This document shows, piece by piece, positions 1-7,770 of a DNA stretch of 32,000 nucleotides. How positions within the stretch are numbered: the stretch's first letter is position 1; each line of letters begins with the position of its first letter. The notes below the pieces were generated by a model. The model saw only the letters and a program-made list of their open reading frames with translations. It searched no databases and was not told the origin of the DNA. The DNA lies in the NCBI GenBank assembly GCA_964480775.1, contig CAYZRF010000021.1, forward strand, positions 456 to 32,455, given 5' to 3'. The DNA comes from an uncultured Nitrososphaerota archaeon (lineage in GTDB: Archaea > Korarchaeota > Korarchaeia > Korarchaeales > Korarchaeaceae). The translations under genes and the position numbers were made by a program.

Positions 1-379
1 TTGGGTATTGGCCAAATTCATCCTTTTCGTACTTCTTTACCATGTCCCATATGGCCAAAAGAGCGGCAGTAAGACCAGTTAAGGCCTCCATCTCCACGCC
101 CGTTTTGGCAGAGGCCTTAACCTCCAAGTCGACCATCACGAAATTTTCTCCCAATCGAAAATCAACCTTCACGTCCTCCACAAGAATTGGGTGACAATGA
201 GGAATTATCTCAGGAGTTCTTTTCACGGCCATAATGGCCGCAACTTTCGCGACCTCAAAGACATTTCCTTTCTCAACTCTTTGCTCTTTTATTCTTGTTA
301 GACTTTCATCTGTTAATATTATCCTCCCAGTAGCTTTTGCTCTTCTCTTTTGAACTGGTTTTGGTGAGATATCTATCAT
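1..379 (-). CDS. moaC: Cyclic pyranopterin monophosphate synthase MoaC; the C-terminus runs off the window edge
   Basis: Not in the ORF track because it is open-ended. Reverse-strand translation from the ATG at 379-377 reads MIDISPKPVQKRRAKATGRIILTD...VKRTPEIIPHCHPILVEDVKVDF...KTGVEMEALTGLTAALLAIWDMVKK. The IPHCHP and GVEMEAL...DM motifs are MoaC hallmarks. A GGAGGGAG SD lies just upstream of the ATG. Confidence 0.9.
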   Translation of the reverse strand, partial: MIDISPKPVQKRRAKATGRIILTDESLTRIKEQRVEKGNVFEVAKVAAIMAVKRTPEIIPHCHPILVEDVKVDFRLGENFVMVDLEVKASAKTGVEMEALTGLTAALLAIWDMVKKYEKDEFGQYP

Positions 380-407
380 CTCAACTCCCTCCAAATATGC
401 TGTGCAT

Positions 408-791
408 TTAATCCATTACGGACAAACCTTTAACCCCTAACTCATCCTTTACTTTTCTCTTAAGAACTCTTTCAATTCTTTCCACCCCAACCTCATTCGC
501 ATCTATTAGTTCTAAGAAGAGGCATGCTAACTTTTCTGCTGCCTCTTCAGCTATTGGATTAGTGATTCTTATCTCGCAAATCGCGGACTTCATTAACTCA
601 GATAGCTTCTTTTTCGACTTCTCTCTTGAGGGCCTAAAAAATGGAAGGAGCATTTTCAACTTGATTTTAATAGAGCACACAGTGAAACATTGGATTGTAG
701 AGTAAAGGTAACCAGTCTCTTTTCGAAAATTATTACGAAAACCACCTAAGAAATATCTCATTTCATTGATTAACCAATTGAGTTGAACCAA
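408..791 (-). CDS. Small hypothetical protein upstream of moaC; the true start is probably internal (ATG at 653 or 593)
   Basis: ORF track entry. The N-terminal third of the long version overlaps the divergent promoter region and the start of the 783 ORF. The C-terminal part (MKSAICEIRITNPIAEEAAEKLACLFLELIDANEVGVERIERVLKRKVKDELGVKG) looks helical and protein-like. I recognise no family. Confidence 0.35.
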   Translation of the reverse strand: MVQLNWLINEMRYFLGGFRNNFRKETGYLYSTIQCFTVCSIKIKLKMLLPFFRPSREKSKKKLSELMKSAICEIRITNPIAEEAAEKLACLFLELIDANEVGVERIERVLKRKVKDELGVKGLSVMD

Positions 792-1160
792 ACCATATCC
801 TACGCAATAATCGGGACATTGGGCTTAGTTAGCTTAGTTGTATCCTTGCACGGCATCCAGCCATTTATCTCTGATATTGAAAGAAGAGTCGAAACTGGTT
901 GTGTATACTCAGTTCTCAGTGCAATAAGCAACGTAGTCAATTCGGTTGTTGGTGGAGGGTCCGCTAGCGGAATAATATTTACTCCATTCCAAGTTAACCT
1001 TTCAGTTGTTGACAGAATCCTTTTTGCCAGTTGTGGCGATTACAGGGCAGATCTTGAATTTCCTTTCGAAATATCTCCATTAAATGCCTCAATAAGGGGG
1101 TTGGTCAGAATAAAGGCAACATGGTCTGAAAAGGGAGTTTCACTGGTGATTAAGGGATGA
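783..1160 (+). CDS. Hypothetical N-terminally anchored protein, first gene of the six-gene overlapping operon in locus 1
   Basis: TTG start with no internal Met. The N-terminal hydrophobic segment is ISYAIIGTLGLVSLVVSL. N-x-S/T sequons NLS and NAS are present. Its stop overlaps the next start (ATGA at 1157-1160). Confidence 0.5.
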   Translation: MNQTISYAIIGTLGLVSLVVSLHGIQPFISDIERRVETGCVYSVLSAISNVVNSVVGGGSASGIIFTPFQVNLSVVDRILFASCGDYRADLEFPFEISPLNASIRGLVRIKATWSEKGVSLVIKG

Positions 1161-1510
1161 ATGTAGAGATTGATGAAGCTTTAAGAACCTTAGTTTTTGT
1201 AGCATTACTCCTTGCTTCAGGGGCAATCTCCAATAGATTAGCATACTTGAGAGTTAAGAACTTTGGATACAGACTAGCTTCTACCCTTACGGCCCTAAGC
1301 GAAAGATCAGTAAATCACAAAGTGGGTATAGCGCTAGAACTACCAGAGGGTAATTATTCCTTGATTTTCTTCGACAATGGTTCAGCTCTTTTCTCAATGA
1401 ACGGGTACGAAATAGTTCTGAACGGCATTTCAACGGACTTAAGGGGGGAGATCCGAGGCGGGAAAGAATTACAGATTACAAGCAGAGGGGAGCTAATCCA
1501 AGATGGATGA
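1157..1510 (+). CDS. Hypothetical N-terminally anchored protein (candidate minor pilin or TadE-like)
   Basis: The N-terminus MNVEIDEALRTLVFVALLLASG has acidic residues followed by a hydrophobic helix. It shares an ATGA overlap with the upstream gene. Sequons NYS and NGS are present. Confidence 0.55.
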   Translation: MNVEIDEALRTLVFVALLLASGAISNRLAYLRVKNFGYRLASTLTALSERSVNHKVGIALELPEGNYSLIFFDNGSALFSMNGYEIVLNGISTDLRGEIRGGKELQITSRGELIQDG

Positions 1511-1604
1511 AGAAATTGCTGATGCAGTTTGGTTCATAATCGTGATAGCAGCCCTAATACTAGCTATTTTGGCTAGCAACCCACCGCCCTCGCCAATAGG
1601 GTGA
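1503..1604 (+). CDS. Unlisted 33-aa single-pass membrane micro-ORF (MDEEIADAVWFIIVIAALILAILASNPPPSPIG)
   Basis: My own translation; it falls below the ORF-track size cut-off. The ATG at 1503 overlaps the stop of the previous gene, and its TGA at 1602-1604 overlaps the GTG/ATG start of the next. A GAGGGGAG SD lies about 10 nt upstream. It has the same acidic-then-hydrophobic N-terminal pattern as its neighbours. Confidence 0.35.
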   Translation: MDEEIADAVWFIIVIAALILAILASNPPPSPIG

Positions 1605-1882
1605 TGAAGCTGAGGACAATTGCCTTTTTGATTGCCCTCTTGCTTTTATCTCTTCTAGTTATTGATCTTTCAATAAAGAGCATAGTTCCTTCTTGGGCAG
1701 TTAAGGCGAGAGAAGATATTGCTATTAGAACAGTCGAACTCTTTTGGAAGAAGGGTGTTCGACTCGTTTGGGAAGGAGGCTACAGAGAGAACCTCGATCC
1801 CTATGGATTAAGCGTTAAAATCAAAATTCCAGTGCCAAGCTCGCCAAATCAGATATGTGTTGAGATTTCATATAGGAGATGA
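1601..1882 (+). CDS. Hypothetical N-terminally anchored small protein
   Basis: The N-terminus is MMKLRTIAFLIALLLLSLLVIDL. It overlaps both neighbouring genes, which indicates translational coupling. Confidence 0.55.
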   Translation: MMKLRTIAFLIALLLLSLLVIDLSIKSIVPSWAVKAREDIAIRTVELFWKKGVRLVWEGGYRENLDPYGLSVKIKIPVPSSPNQICVEISYRR

Positions 1883-2876
1883 GAGCTTGAGAGAGGTTTT
1901 AGCTATCATAACGATTTTGATCTTGATACTTCCAACATTTATCGTCCCGGATACTAATATCTTGGATAGCAGAATAATTGATGCCGCTTTTGCGGAAAGT
2001 TCTGCATGGATGGAGTCCGAAATAGCCCTACCAAGATATCTCTCATTCATTAGATGTCTGATAGATGAGTGGCTAGCCAATAACTATGGAAAGGATGTAG
2101 ATCAAGTAAGACTTCCAAAGATCATAAATACAGAGGATTGGAAGACATATGCCGAGAACGAAGCCAGGAGTAGGGGAATCATACTCTTTTGCAATGTAAC
2201 GCCCGTAATATTGAGTAGGTCTTATGCAGCTAATGAACTACAAAACAAGGTATTTGCTGGAGGATGTAAGCCAGGGGCTATAGGTGTGCAAAGTTCTTTA
2301 TCCATCTTTGTAGTTTCGAAGAGGGGTTTTGCAGAAGCAGTCGCAAAGAGAAATTACTCTATTTCAGTTTGTCACCCCTGCCTCTATTTTCTAATAAAGG
2401 AAGCTCACAAAAAAATAGAAAAAGAGTTAGAAAACTTGATACCAGACGAAACAGTAGTTGTTGGTGTGAGAAATGACTACATATCAGCAGTATTTCTGCT
2501 TAAATCCAAACTTTTAGATTTAGATAAGAAAATAGACGATCTTCTCACTTCATTAAAGAGAGAGTTCTCCTCAAAAGGAATAGAAATAGAATTCGACGTT
2601 AAGAGAGAAATTTCTATATCAAAAAGCGGAAATTCCGTGAGATTAACTGTATCATACAAGTTTTACATAGAAGTCTGGGATAAAGAGGTTATTTATTGGG
2701 TTAGAGGCCTTCGAAAAGGCTGGTATTTGAAAAATGATCTCAAATTGAAAGCCAAAATGTTGTGCAGGGTTCAAGAGGCGTTCAAAAGGATACCTACCAA
2801 AAATAGAGAGAAAGGACCTGAAAAAAGAGAGAAATCAAGGGAGAGGACAATACCTTGGCTAATACCGCCCAGATGA
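1857..2876 (+). CDS. Hypothetical 339-aa N-terminally anchored protein with a Lys/Arg-rich C-terminus; the likely real start is the TTG at 1887
   Basis: An AGGAG SD at 1874-1878 lies 8 nt before the in-frame TTG at 1887, giving M-REVLAIITILILILPTFIVPD. The C-terminus is KNREKGPEKREKSRER. I recognise no family. Confidence 0.6.
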   Translation: MLRFHIGDESLREVLAIITILILILPTFIVPDTNILDSRIIDAAFAESSAWMESEIALPRYLSFIRCLIDEWLANNYGKDVDQVRLPKIINTEDWKTYAENEARSRGIILFCNVTPVILSRSYAANELQNKVFAGGCKPGAIGVQSSLSIFVVSKRGFAEAVAKRNYSISVCHPCLYFLIKEAHKKIEKELENLIPDETVVVGVRNDYISAVFLLKSKLLDLDKKIDDLLTSLKREFSSKGIEIEFDVKREISISKSGNSVRLTVSYKFYIEVWDKEVIYWVRGLRKGWYLKNDLKLKAKMLCRVQEAFKRIPTKNREKGPEKREKSRERTIPWLIPPR

Positions 2877-3190
2877 GGATCATCCTTCTATTTAATGGCT
2901 TTAAAATATCAACCTATGATTGGTTCTTAGGATCAGAGACTATATTCAATATTTTAAGGAGAATTCTAAAAAGCTTGCTTCTCGAAGTAGATAAAGGACT
3001 TCAATTCCTTAACAGAGTATTTACAGCTTTACTTCCAATTATATTCTTCATCTGGGTCCTGCTTTGGATCATGAACTTGGAGGAATTAAAAGGCCTTCAA
3101 AAATACATCAAGTGGTGGGTTCTATTCTGTTTTGTAATGATAAGCATATCTCAAGGGCTTTCTTTCCTAATAAATGCGAAAATCGACTGA
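2873..3190 (+). CDS. Hypothetical small membrane protein, last gene of the plus-strand operon (the track starts it at the TTG at 2855)
   Basis: The ATG at 2873 forms an ATGA overlap with the stop of the previous gene (2874-2876). Two hydrophobic segments are present (LLPIIFFIWVLLWI and WWVLFCFVMISISQGL). The 3' end overlaps the convergent peptidase ORF by about 80 nt, so one of the two ends may be over-extended. Confidence 0.45.
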   Translation: MRIILLFNGFKISTYDWFLGSETIFNILRRILKSLLLEVDKGLQFLNRVFTALLPIIFFIWVLLWIMNLEELKGLQKYIKWWVLFCFVMISISQGLSFLINAKID

Positions 3191-3581
3191 GCTTTAGGTT
3201 TTTTATCAACTTTGGAAAGAGAACAATTGTAAAAGAAAACAAAAAATAGTAGGAATGGAAATACCCCCTTCCTCTACTCAAACCAATGATGCAAGCAATA
3301 AACAAGATTTTTCCAAGGTCAAAGGAGGAAATAAGAGGGGAAATAGCAATAATGAACTTACAATCTCCGCCTCCAAAGCCAACGCCGTATAATGACAAAG
3401 CAAAAGGAATAGCAGCAAATATTCTAATGAAGACAGAAAAATGTGAATTTCTTAATAAAGAAAAGATGGAATTTAGAGAAAATAGGAATATATTCAATCT
3501 ATTAGGTATCTTGCCTGTCTTGACATCTATCAGAGAACTCAACAATGCTTCCAACATGGCTATAGCCATCATGAGCATCAT
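3108..3581 (-). CDS. Short prepilin peptidase, A24 aspartic protease family, TadV/CpaA-like (no methyltransferase domain)
   Basis: Both catalytic Asp motifs are present in a polytopic 157-aa protein: LIDVKTGKIPNRL and GVGFGGGDCKFII (GxGD type). Confidence 0.8.
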   Translation of the reverse strand: MMLMMAIAMLEALLSSLIDVKTGKIPNRLNIFLFSLNSIFSLLRNSHFSVFIRIFAAIPFALSLYGVGFGGGDCKFIIAISPLISSFDLGKILFIACIIGLSRGRGYFHSYYFLFSFTIVLFPKLIKNLKLSRFSHLLGKKALEICLSLQNRIEPTT

Positions 3582-3582
3582 A

Positions 3583-4158
3583 TCACCCGAATAAATTGCT
3601 GAGTAAGAAAGTTGTCATCAGAAAAGGTATTGAATAGTACATTAGCCACTTTAGGCCCCTTTCCACTTCTTCCGCAATAAATACTGTAAAAGCAGCTCCG
3701 ATTAATCCAAAAGACACGAAATTGCTGTGAGGCTTTCCAAGAAGCATGTACCAAAGGAGTTCAGATATCTTCGAAAAGGCAGCTGACATGACTCCCAACA
3801 TCATGATCAAGAACCTTGCTAAATTCCTTCTATTTTTCAAGAGAGCTGCTCTCTCGGCCTCCAGCTCTTCTACAACTCTCACAATGGATGCAGTGTCCCT
3901 AAGCACTCTACCGATAAATTCTGGCTCTGCTCCAGAGGTCAATATTTCAGCTAACCAAGGACCATAATCTCCGAGAACGGTTTGGAGATTCACCATAATT
4001 TCTTCAATTGTTTTGTCGTCGGCAATAGCTTTCATAACGAGATTCTTGATTTCAGGGTCAAAGAGAGCAACTTGCCTCAGTGCAACGACTGGGTGTCGAT
4101 TAAGTTCCAGTGAATCGGCTAGTGCCTCTATTATCACCGTTTTCGAAGTCTTTTCCAT
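3583..4158 (-). CDS. Half-size T2SSF-domain platform protein (TadC/EpdK-like)
   Basis: 191 aa. A soluble helical N-terminal part is followed by hydrophobic helices (FLIMMLGVMSAAF, FGLIGAAFTVFIA, YYSIPFLMTTFLL). It sits directly downstream of a second half-size paralogue and the secretion ATPase. Starts and stops overlap. Confidence 0.6.
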   Translation of the reverse strand: MEKTSKTVIIEALADSLELNRHPVVALRQVALFDPEIKNLVMKAIADDKTIEEIMVNLQTVLGDYGPWLAEILTSGAEPEFIGRVLRDTASIVRVVEELEAERAALLKNRRNLARFLIMMLGVMSAAFSKISELLWYMLLGKPHSNFVSFGLIGAAFTVFIAEEVERGLKWLMYYSIPFLMTTFLLSNLFG

Positions 4159-4634
4159 AACTTAAACCTCCTAAATGAATATCTGAAGATTGAAACCACG
4201 AATAGACAAATAGAGGTTGGACCGATAAGAGAGGAAGGTATTGTACCGAGAGCAGAAGCGCTAGCCAATAGCATCATTGTTAAGAAAGCCATAGATAGTC
4301 GGATGGCCATTTTATGGTCAAGTTCCTTATTTTCAAGCTCTATTTCCACTCTCATGAAGTTCTTTAGGGTATTAACGATGTCTTGAGAGTTTGCCCCTTG
4401 AAGAAGGGATCTAATTGCCACAGCTAAAGGGCGATAACTCAATTGTTCACAAAATGCGTTTAATTTGCTCTGAAGAGTGTATCCTTCAACAGAGGAAGTA
4501 AGAAACATAGTTCTCATTTCTTTAGCGTAAGGTTCAAGTTTGGACCTAGCTACAAGTTCAACGGCCTTAATCGGACTCCAAGTGAGTCCTAGAGAAAACA
4601 GCTGAATGAACCTCATAACTTGCTTTCGATCCAT
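4134..4634 (-). CDS. Half-size T2SSF-domain platform protein (TadB/EpdJ-like)
   Basis: 166 aa with the same architecture as the neighbouring 191-aa protein. It overlaps the ATPase gene by 22 nt. Confidence 0.6.
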   Translation of the reverse strand: MDRKQVMRFIQLFSLGLTWSPIKAVELVARSKLEPYAKEMRTMFLTSSVEGYTLQSKLNAFCEQLSYRPLAVAIRSLLQGANSQDIVNTLKNFMRVEIELENKELDHKMAIRLSMAFLTMMLLASASALGTIPSSLIGPTSICLFVVSIFRYSFRRFKLWKRLRKR

Positions 4635-6046
4635 GAAGTAGCTCCCTTTATCCTCTTGATAACTTCTTCATTGGTCTTCAAGTTCAGCGAAGATCTGATC
4701 ATTGAGAGAAACCTCTCTGAGGGTTTTGGTTTTACCTCCTCCCAACCACTATCCTCATACCTGTAGAGTTTTTCGGCAACCCTAAATTCCATAAACAACG
4801 TTAAACACCCCATTAGAGCATCTTCCATTCCCCATCTAAACCATTTCCTCTCCAACGAGACAGGATCCTTAGCATGCGTTGTTGCGATCACCCTGAATCC
4901 GCTTTCTTTTGCTAGAGCAAAGGCTTTAGCGTGTTCTTCTGTAAGAATTTCCCCTAAAAAGACTAAATCAGGATTTCTATGCAAAAAGGTGGTCACCACA
5001 CTCTCCCTTTCACCAGGAAAGACGTAGGGATGATGTTTAAGGCCATAACGAGAAAAATCTTCAATTTCCCTTACTTCCTCGATGCTTATGATCCTCCATT
5101 CCCTAGCGGAATATGCTAGAAGAGAGTTAGCTAGTGTGGTTTTGCCTACGCCCGTTCTTCCAACAATCATGATTGGCTGTCTTTCGTACATGGCTTGTAC
5201 TAAATAGGCTGCAAGGCTTTCACTTATCGTCCCTAACGCTATTAAGCGCGACATTGGAAGTCTCGGCAAAGCAGAAAGATTTCTTGCGTCAAACGAAGGT
5301 TTTGATATTGGAGGAATGTCAACTCCAAGTCTAATCTTAGAGTCCTTAAAGGTAAACTCAATCTTTACGGTGGGTTGGTTGAGGTTAAGGGACCCATAGG
5401 GATGCAACTCCACTATCGTTCTAATCTTTTCAAACTCCCTCCTATCTAGGATTAAATTGCTAATTTCAACCCTACCTGCCTCGATGTGATCTATGTATAC
5501 CGGAGAACCCTCAAGGCCGTAGATCTCAGTTATATCATTGCCAGTTGCCAAGATAAGAATGGGCCAAGCCTTTGTAGATCTTACAGCTGCTTCTAAGATA
5601 ATGTCATCTCTTAAAATCTTATTAGAGCCGAGTATCTTTTTTATCTGGTTCTTTCGAAAATTTATAACGTCCCAAAGATCGATTTCCAATGAATCTTCTG
5701 GATAAACTCCTTCCATTAACCTAGAGAGACCTATTGCAAAGATCACACTTCCTGAACCGCAAATCCAGCTCTTGGGTATGAAATAAGTCCTTTTACCATT
5801 CATGCCAAGCATAGCACATCCGAGATCCTCTATTATTTCATCAAAATGTATCTTTGGGGTTTTTAGAGGAGGATAGGGTACTTCCTTTACAAACGCAATG
5901 TGCTTCTCGCTTCCAAGTGCTGCCAACAATCTTGCCTTGTCGTAGGTCTGATAAGGACTGAGAAAAAGATCTAAGGAAAACTCCTCTACCCACTTTATAG
6001 CTGCATTTACGAATCTATGATATGAGTTCTCCTCGTTAAGGCCCAA
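4613..6046 (-). CDS. Type IV filament secretion ATPase, CpaF/TadA/VirB11-like
   Basis: Motifs seen: Walker A IMIVGRTGVGKTTLANSLL, Asp box IISIEEVREIE, Walker B PDLVFLGEILTEEHA and His box FRVIATTHA. The N-terminal domain is about 290 aa. The TTG start is preceded by GGGGTGA. Confidence 0.85.
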   Translation of the reverse strand: MGLNEENSYHRFVNAAIKWVEEFSLDLFLSPYQTYDKARLLAALGSEKHIAFVKEVPYPPLKTPKIHFDEIIEDLGCAMLGMNGKRTYFIPKSWICGSGSVIFAIGLSRLMEGVYPEDSLEIDLWDVINFRKNQIKKILGSNKILRDDIILEAAVRSTKAWPILILATGNDITEIYGLEGSPVYIDHIEAGRVEISNLILDRREFEKIRTIVELHPYGSLNLNQPTVKIEFTFKDSKIRLGVDIPPISKPSFDARNLSALPRLPMSRLIALGTISESLAAYLVQAMYERQPIMIVGRTGVGKTTLANSLLAYSAREWRIISIEEVREIEDFSRYGLKHHPYVFPGERESVVTTFLHRNPDLVFLGEILTEEHAKAFALAKESGFRVIATTHAKDPVSLERKWFRWGMEDALMGCLTLFMEFRVAEKLYRYEDSGWEEVKPKPSERFLSMIRSSLNLKTNEEVIKRIKGATSWIESKL

Positions 6047-6055
6047 CTACTTGGT

Positions 6056-6337
6056 TCACCCCGTGGTGAGGTTGCCTCTGGCTAAATTCTCACTTTCTGA
6101 GCCCCAGAGGCTGCTAAGATGTTCGCTTAACCAATCAATGAAATCCGAAAATTTCTCTTCAGTAAGATCCGGTAGATTCCACAAGAACTCCAAAGCGTTT
6201 GCTACAGGGTTTACAACAAGAGCGAAGAAAGCAGCTATGGTGGCAGCAATCAAAAGAGCAGTTTCTGTTGTCTGAGTTAAACCAGATTCATCCTCTAAAA
6301 AACCCTTGATGAATCTTTTAATTTTCTTAAACAGCAT
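6056..6337 (-). CDS. Flp-type prepilin-like protein (93 aa from the internal ATG at 6337; the track extends it to 6415)
   Basis: A GGAGGTGA SD at 6342-6349 lies 4 nt upstream of the ATG at 6337. The sequence MLFKKIKRFIKGFLEDESG|LTQTTETALLIAATIAAFFALVV resembles the bacterial Flp leader and cleavage motif (F-L-x-D-E-x-G then T/E-containing hydrophobic helix). The gene sits immediately upstream of the CpaF-like ATPase. Confidence 0.7.
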   Translation of the reverse strand: MLFKKIKRFIKGFLEDESGLTQTTETALLIAATIAAFFALVVNPVANALEFLWNLPDLTEEKFSDFIDWLSEHLSSLWGSESENLARGNLTTG

Positions 6338-6609
6338 TTTCACCTCCCAGAGGGGGAAAGCTTGGAAAGGGTATTTAAGACGTCTCTTAGCAGAATACAT
6401 TGTTCTTGCAATCATTATTGGGCGTTTATGCTACTAAACACGTTGTTTTACTGATATCACTCATCAGAAAAACATAGGATATATTCAAGAGTAACAGGGT
6501 AGATATCCAAAGTTTTGCACTTAATTTATCATTTATTATCCCATCAAAAGGTTAATCTAGGAGGGGATTAGGACTAAAAGGATTCCTTTCTTCAAACTTT
6601 CTCATCAAC

Positions 6610-7770
6610 TCATCCAAAGCCTTCCAATACCAGAAGCATCCTATGGGCATCGGTTCTGGTAGCTTCAGAAGGGTTAATTGCTGCCCATATCAGTCTCTTT
6701 ATCCCTTCTCCTTGAGGATCGCTAATTGAGCGAAGTTCATGCGGCCTTACTTCTAGAGATTTAGAAATAAGCCTAATAAACCAAGGAAATAGGGCCAAGA
6801 TACAATTCTTAATGTCACCTGAATTTAAGAGATGTCTCGCTGCTCTAATTTCTTTAGATCCCTCTCTTCTTAACTTACTAACTAGTAAACAAAAAGAAAG
6901 ATCTCTCAACGCAATTCCCAAAAAACCTATGGAGGAAATCAAAAAGAGAAAGGTGTTGAAGCACCCAGTTAAGACGGTGAATAGAGCAGATAAGATCAGC
7001 CTCTTTTTTGCTAATTGCTTCGATGTCTTAATTAGATCAAAAACATCTAAATTTTCTACTTCTTTGCTTGGAATAGTTAGACGGCTTGATAACTTAAAAA
7101 CCAAAAAAGGGCTGAGAAATAGGGCAAAAAAAGATAAATTTGTCTTCAAACGATAGATTAATGCAAAAACAGTAGAAGCTATGTTTAAACTAAATGCTAT
7201 GTGGGAGAGTCTTATTTCTCCCTGGTAGCTCATATAACTAAGTAGAGGAATGCCAATAATTGATGAAAGTAGAAAATAGAAATTTGGAAAAGAAAAACTA
7301 ACGACATTGAAGTCCCCCAAGAAAACTGCTATAGAAAATGTAACAGAACTAACTAGGGCCGAAATTGAAAGGTATTTTAGGAACGTAGGGAAGTTCTTTC
7401 TCTTCCCTATCTTCCGAGCTAGCAATAGGCTAACTGAATCACTGAAACCATACAACGAAGTCCATCCATACAGGAGCGCATGAATTGTTGATATAGAATT
7501 ATCCAAATTCACAAAGGCTGGCAGATATAGAAACATCAGTACACCAGATATTCCAAGGCTTGTAAGACTTTGGAGATAAGAACATGCTCCTAGCATGGCC
7601 CCTAGAACACAAACGAGAAATAAACCTCCAAGATCGTCATAGGACACTTTTATCTGCCAAGCTAGACTATCCCCTATGCTTACTTCTCTTTTAAGTGCGC
7701 AAAAGTAGAGAGAGATTAACAGCACACCGTAAAGAATAGTTAAGAGATACAGGGCCTTATTTGGGTTCAA
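6610..7770 (-). CDS. 386-aa polytopic membrane protein of unknown family with a soluble C-terminal tail
   Basis: About 9-10 hydrophobic segments by eye. The C-terminal region of about 90 aa is hydrophilic (LRREGSKEIRAARHLLNSGD...EATRTDAHRMLLVLEGFG). Its TTG start lies inside the last codons of the upstream ParA-like gene (14-nt overlap). Confidence 0.6.
   Translation of the reverse strand: MNPNKALYLLTILYGVLLISLYFCALKREVSIGDSLAWQIKVSYDDLGGLFLVCVLGAMLGACSYLQSLTSLGISGVLMFLYLPAFVNLDNSISTIHALLYGWTSLYGFSDSVSLLLARKIGKRKNFPTFLKYLSISALVSSVTFSIAVFLGDFNVVSFSFPNFYFLLSSIIGIPLLSYMSYQGEIRLSHIAFSLNIASTVFALIYRLKTNLSFFALFLSPFLVFKLSSRLTIPSKEVENLDVFDLIKTSKQLAKKRLILSALFTVLTGCFNTFLFLISSIGFLGIALRDLSFCLLVSKLRREGSKEIRAARHLLNSGDIKNCILALFPWFIRLISKSLEVRPHELRSISDPQGEGIKRLIWAAINPSEATRTDAHRMLLVLEGFG

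Noticed and set aside
3064-3594. Plus-strand ORFs 3064-3249 and 3286-3594
   Set aside because: They are antisense to the A24 peptidase gene, which carries both catalytic motifs.
6051-6275. 74-aa plus-strand ORF
   Set aside because: It is antisense to the Flp-like pilin gene and has no independent support.
6476-6516. Inverted repeat GGATAT...ATATCC upstream of the Flp-like gene
   Set aside because: The arms are only 6 bp with a spacer of about 20 bp in an AT-rich region. This is too weak to separate from chance.
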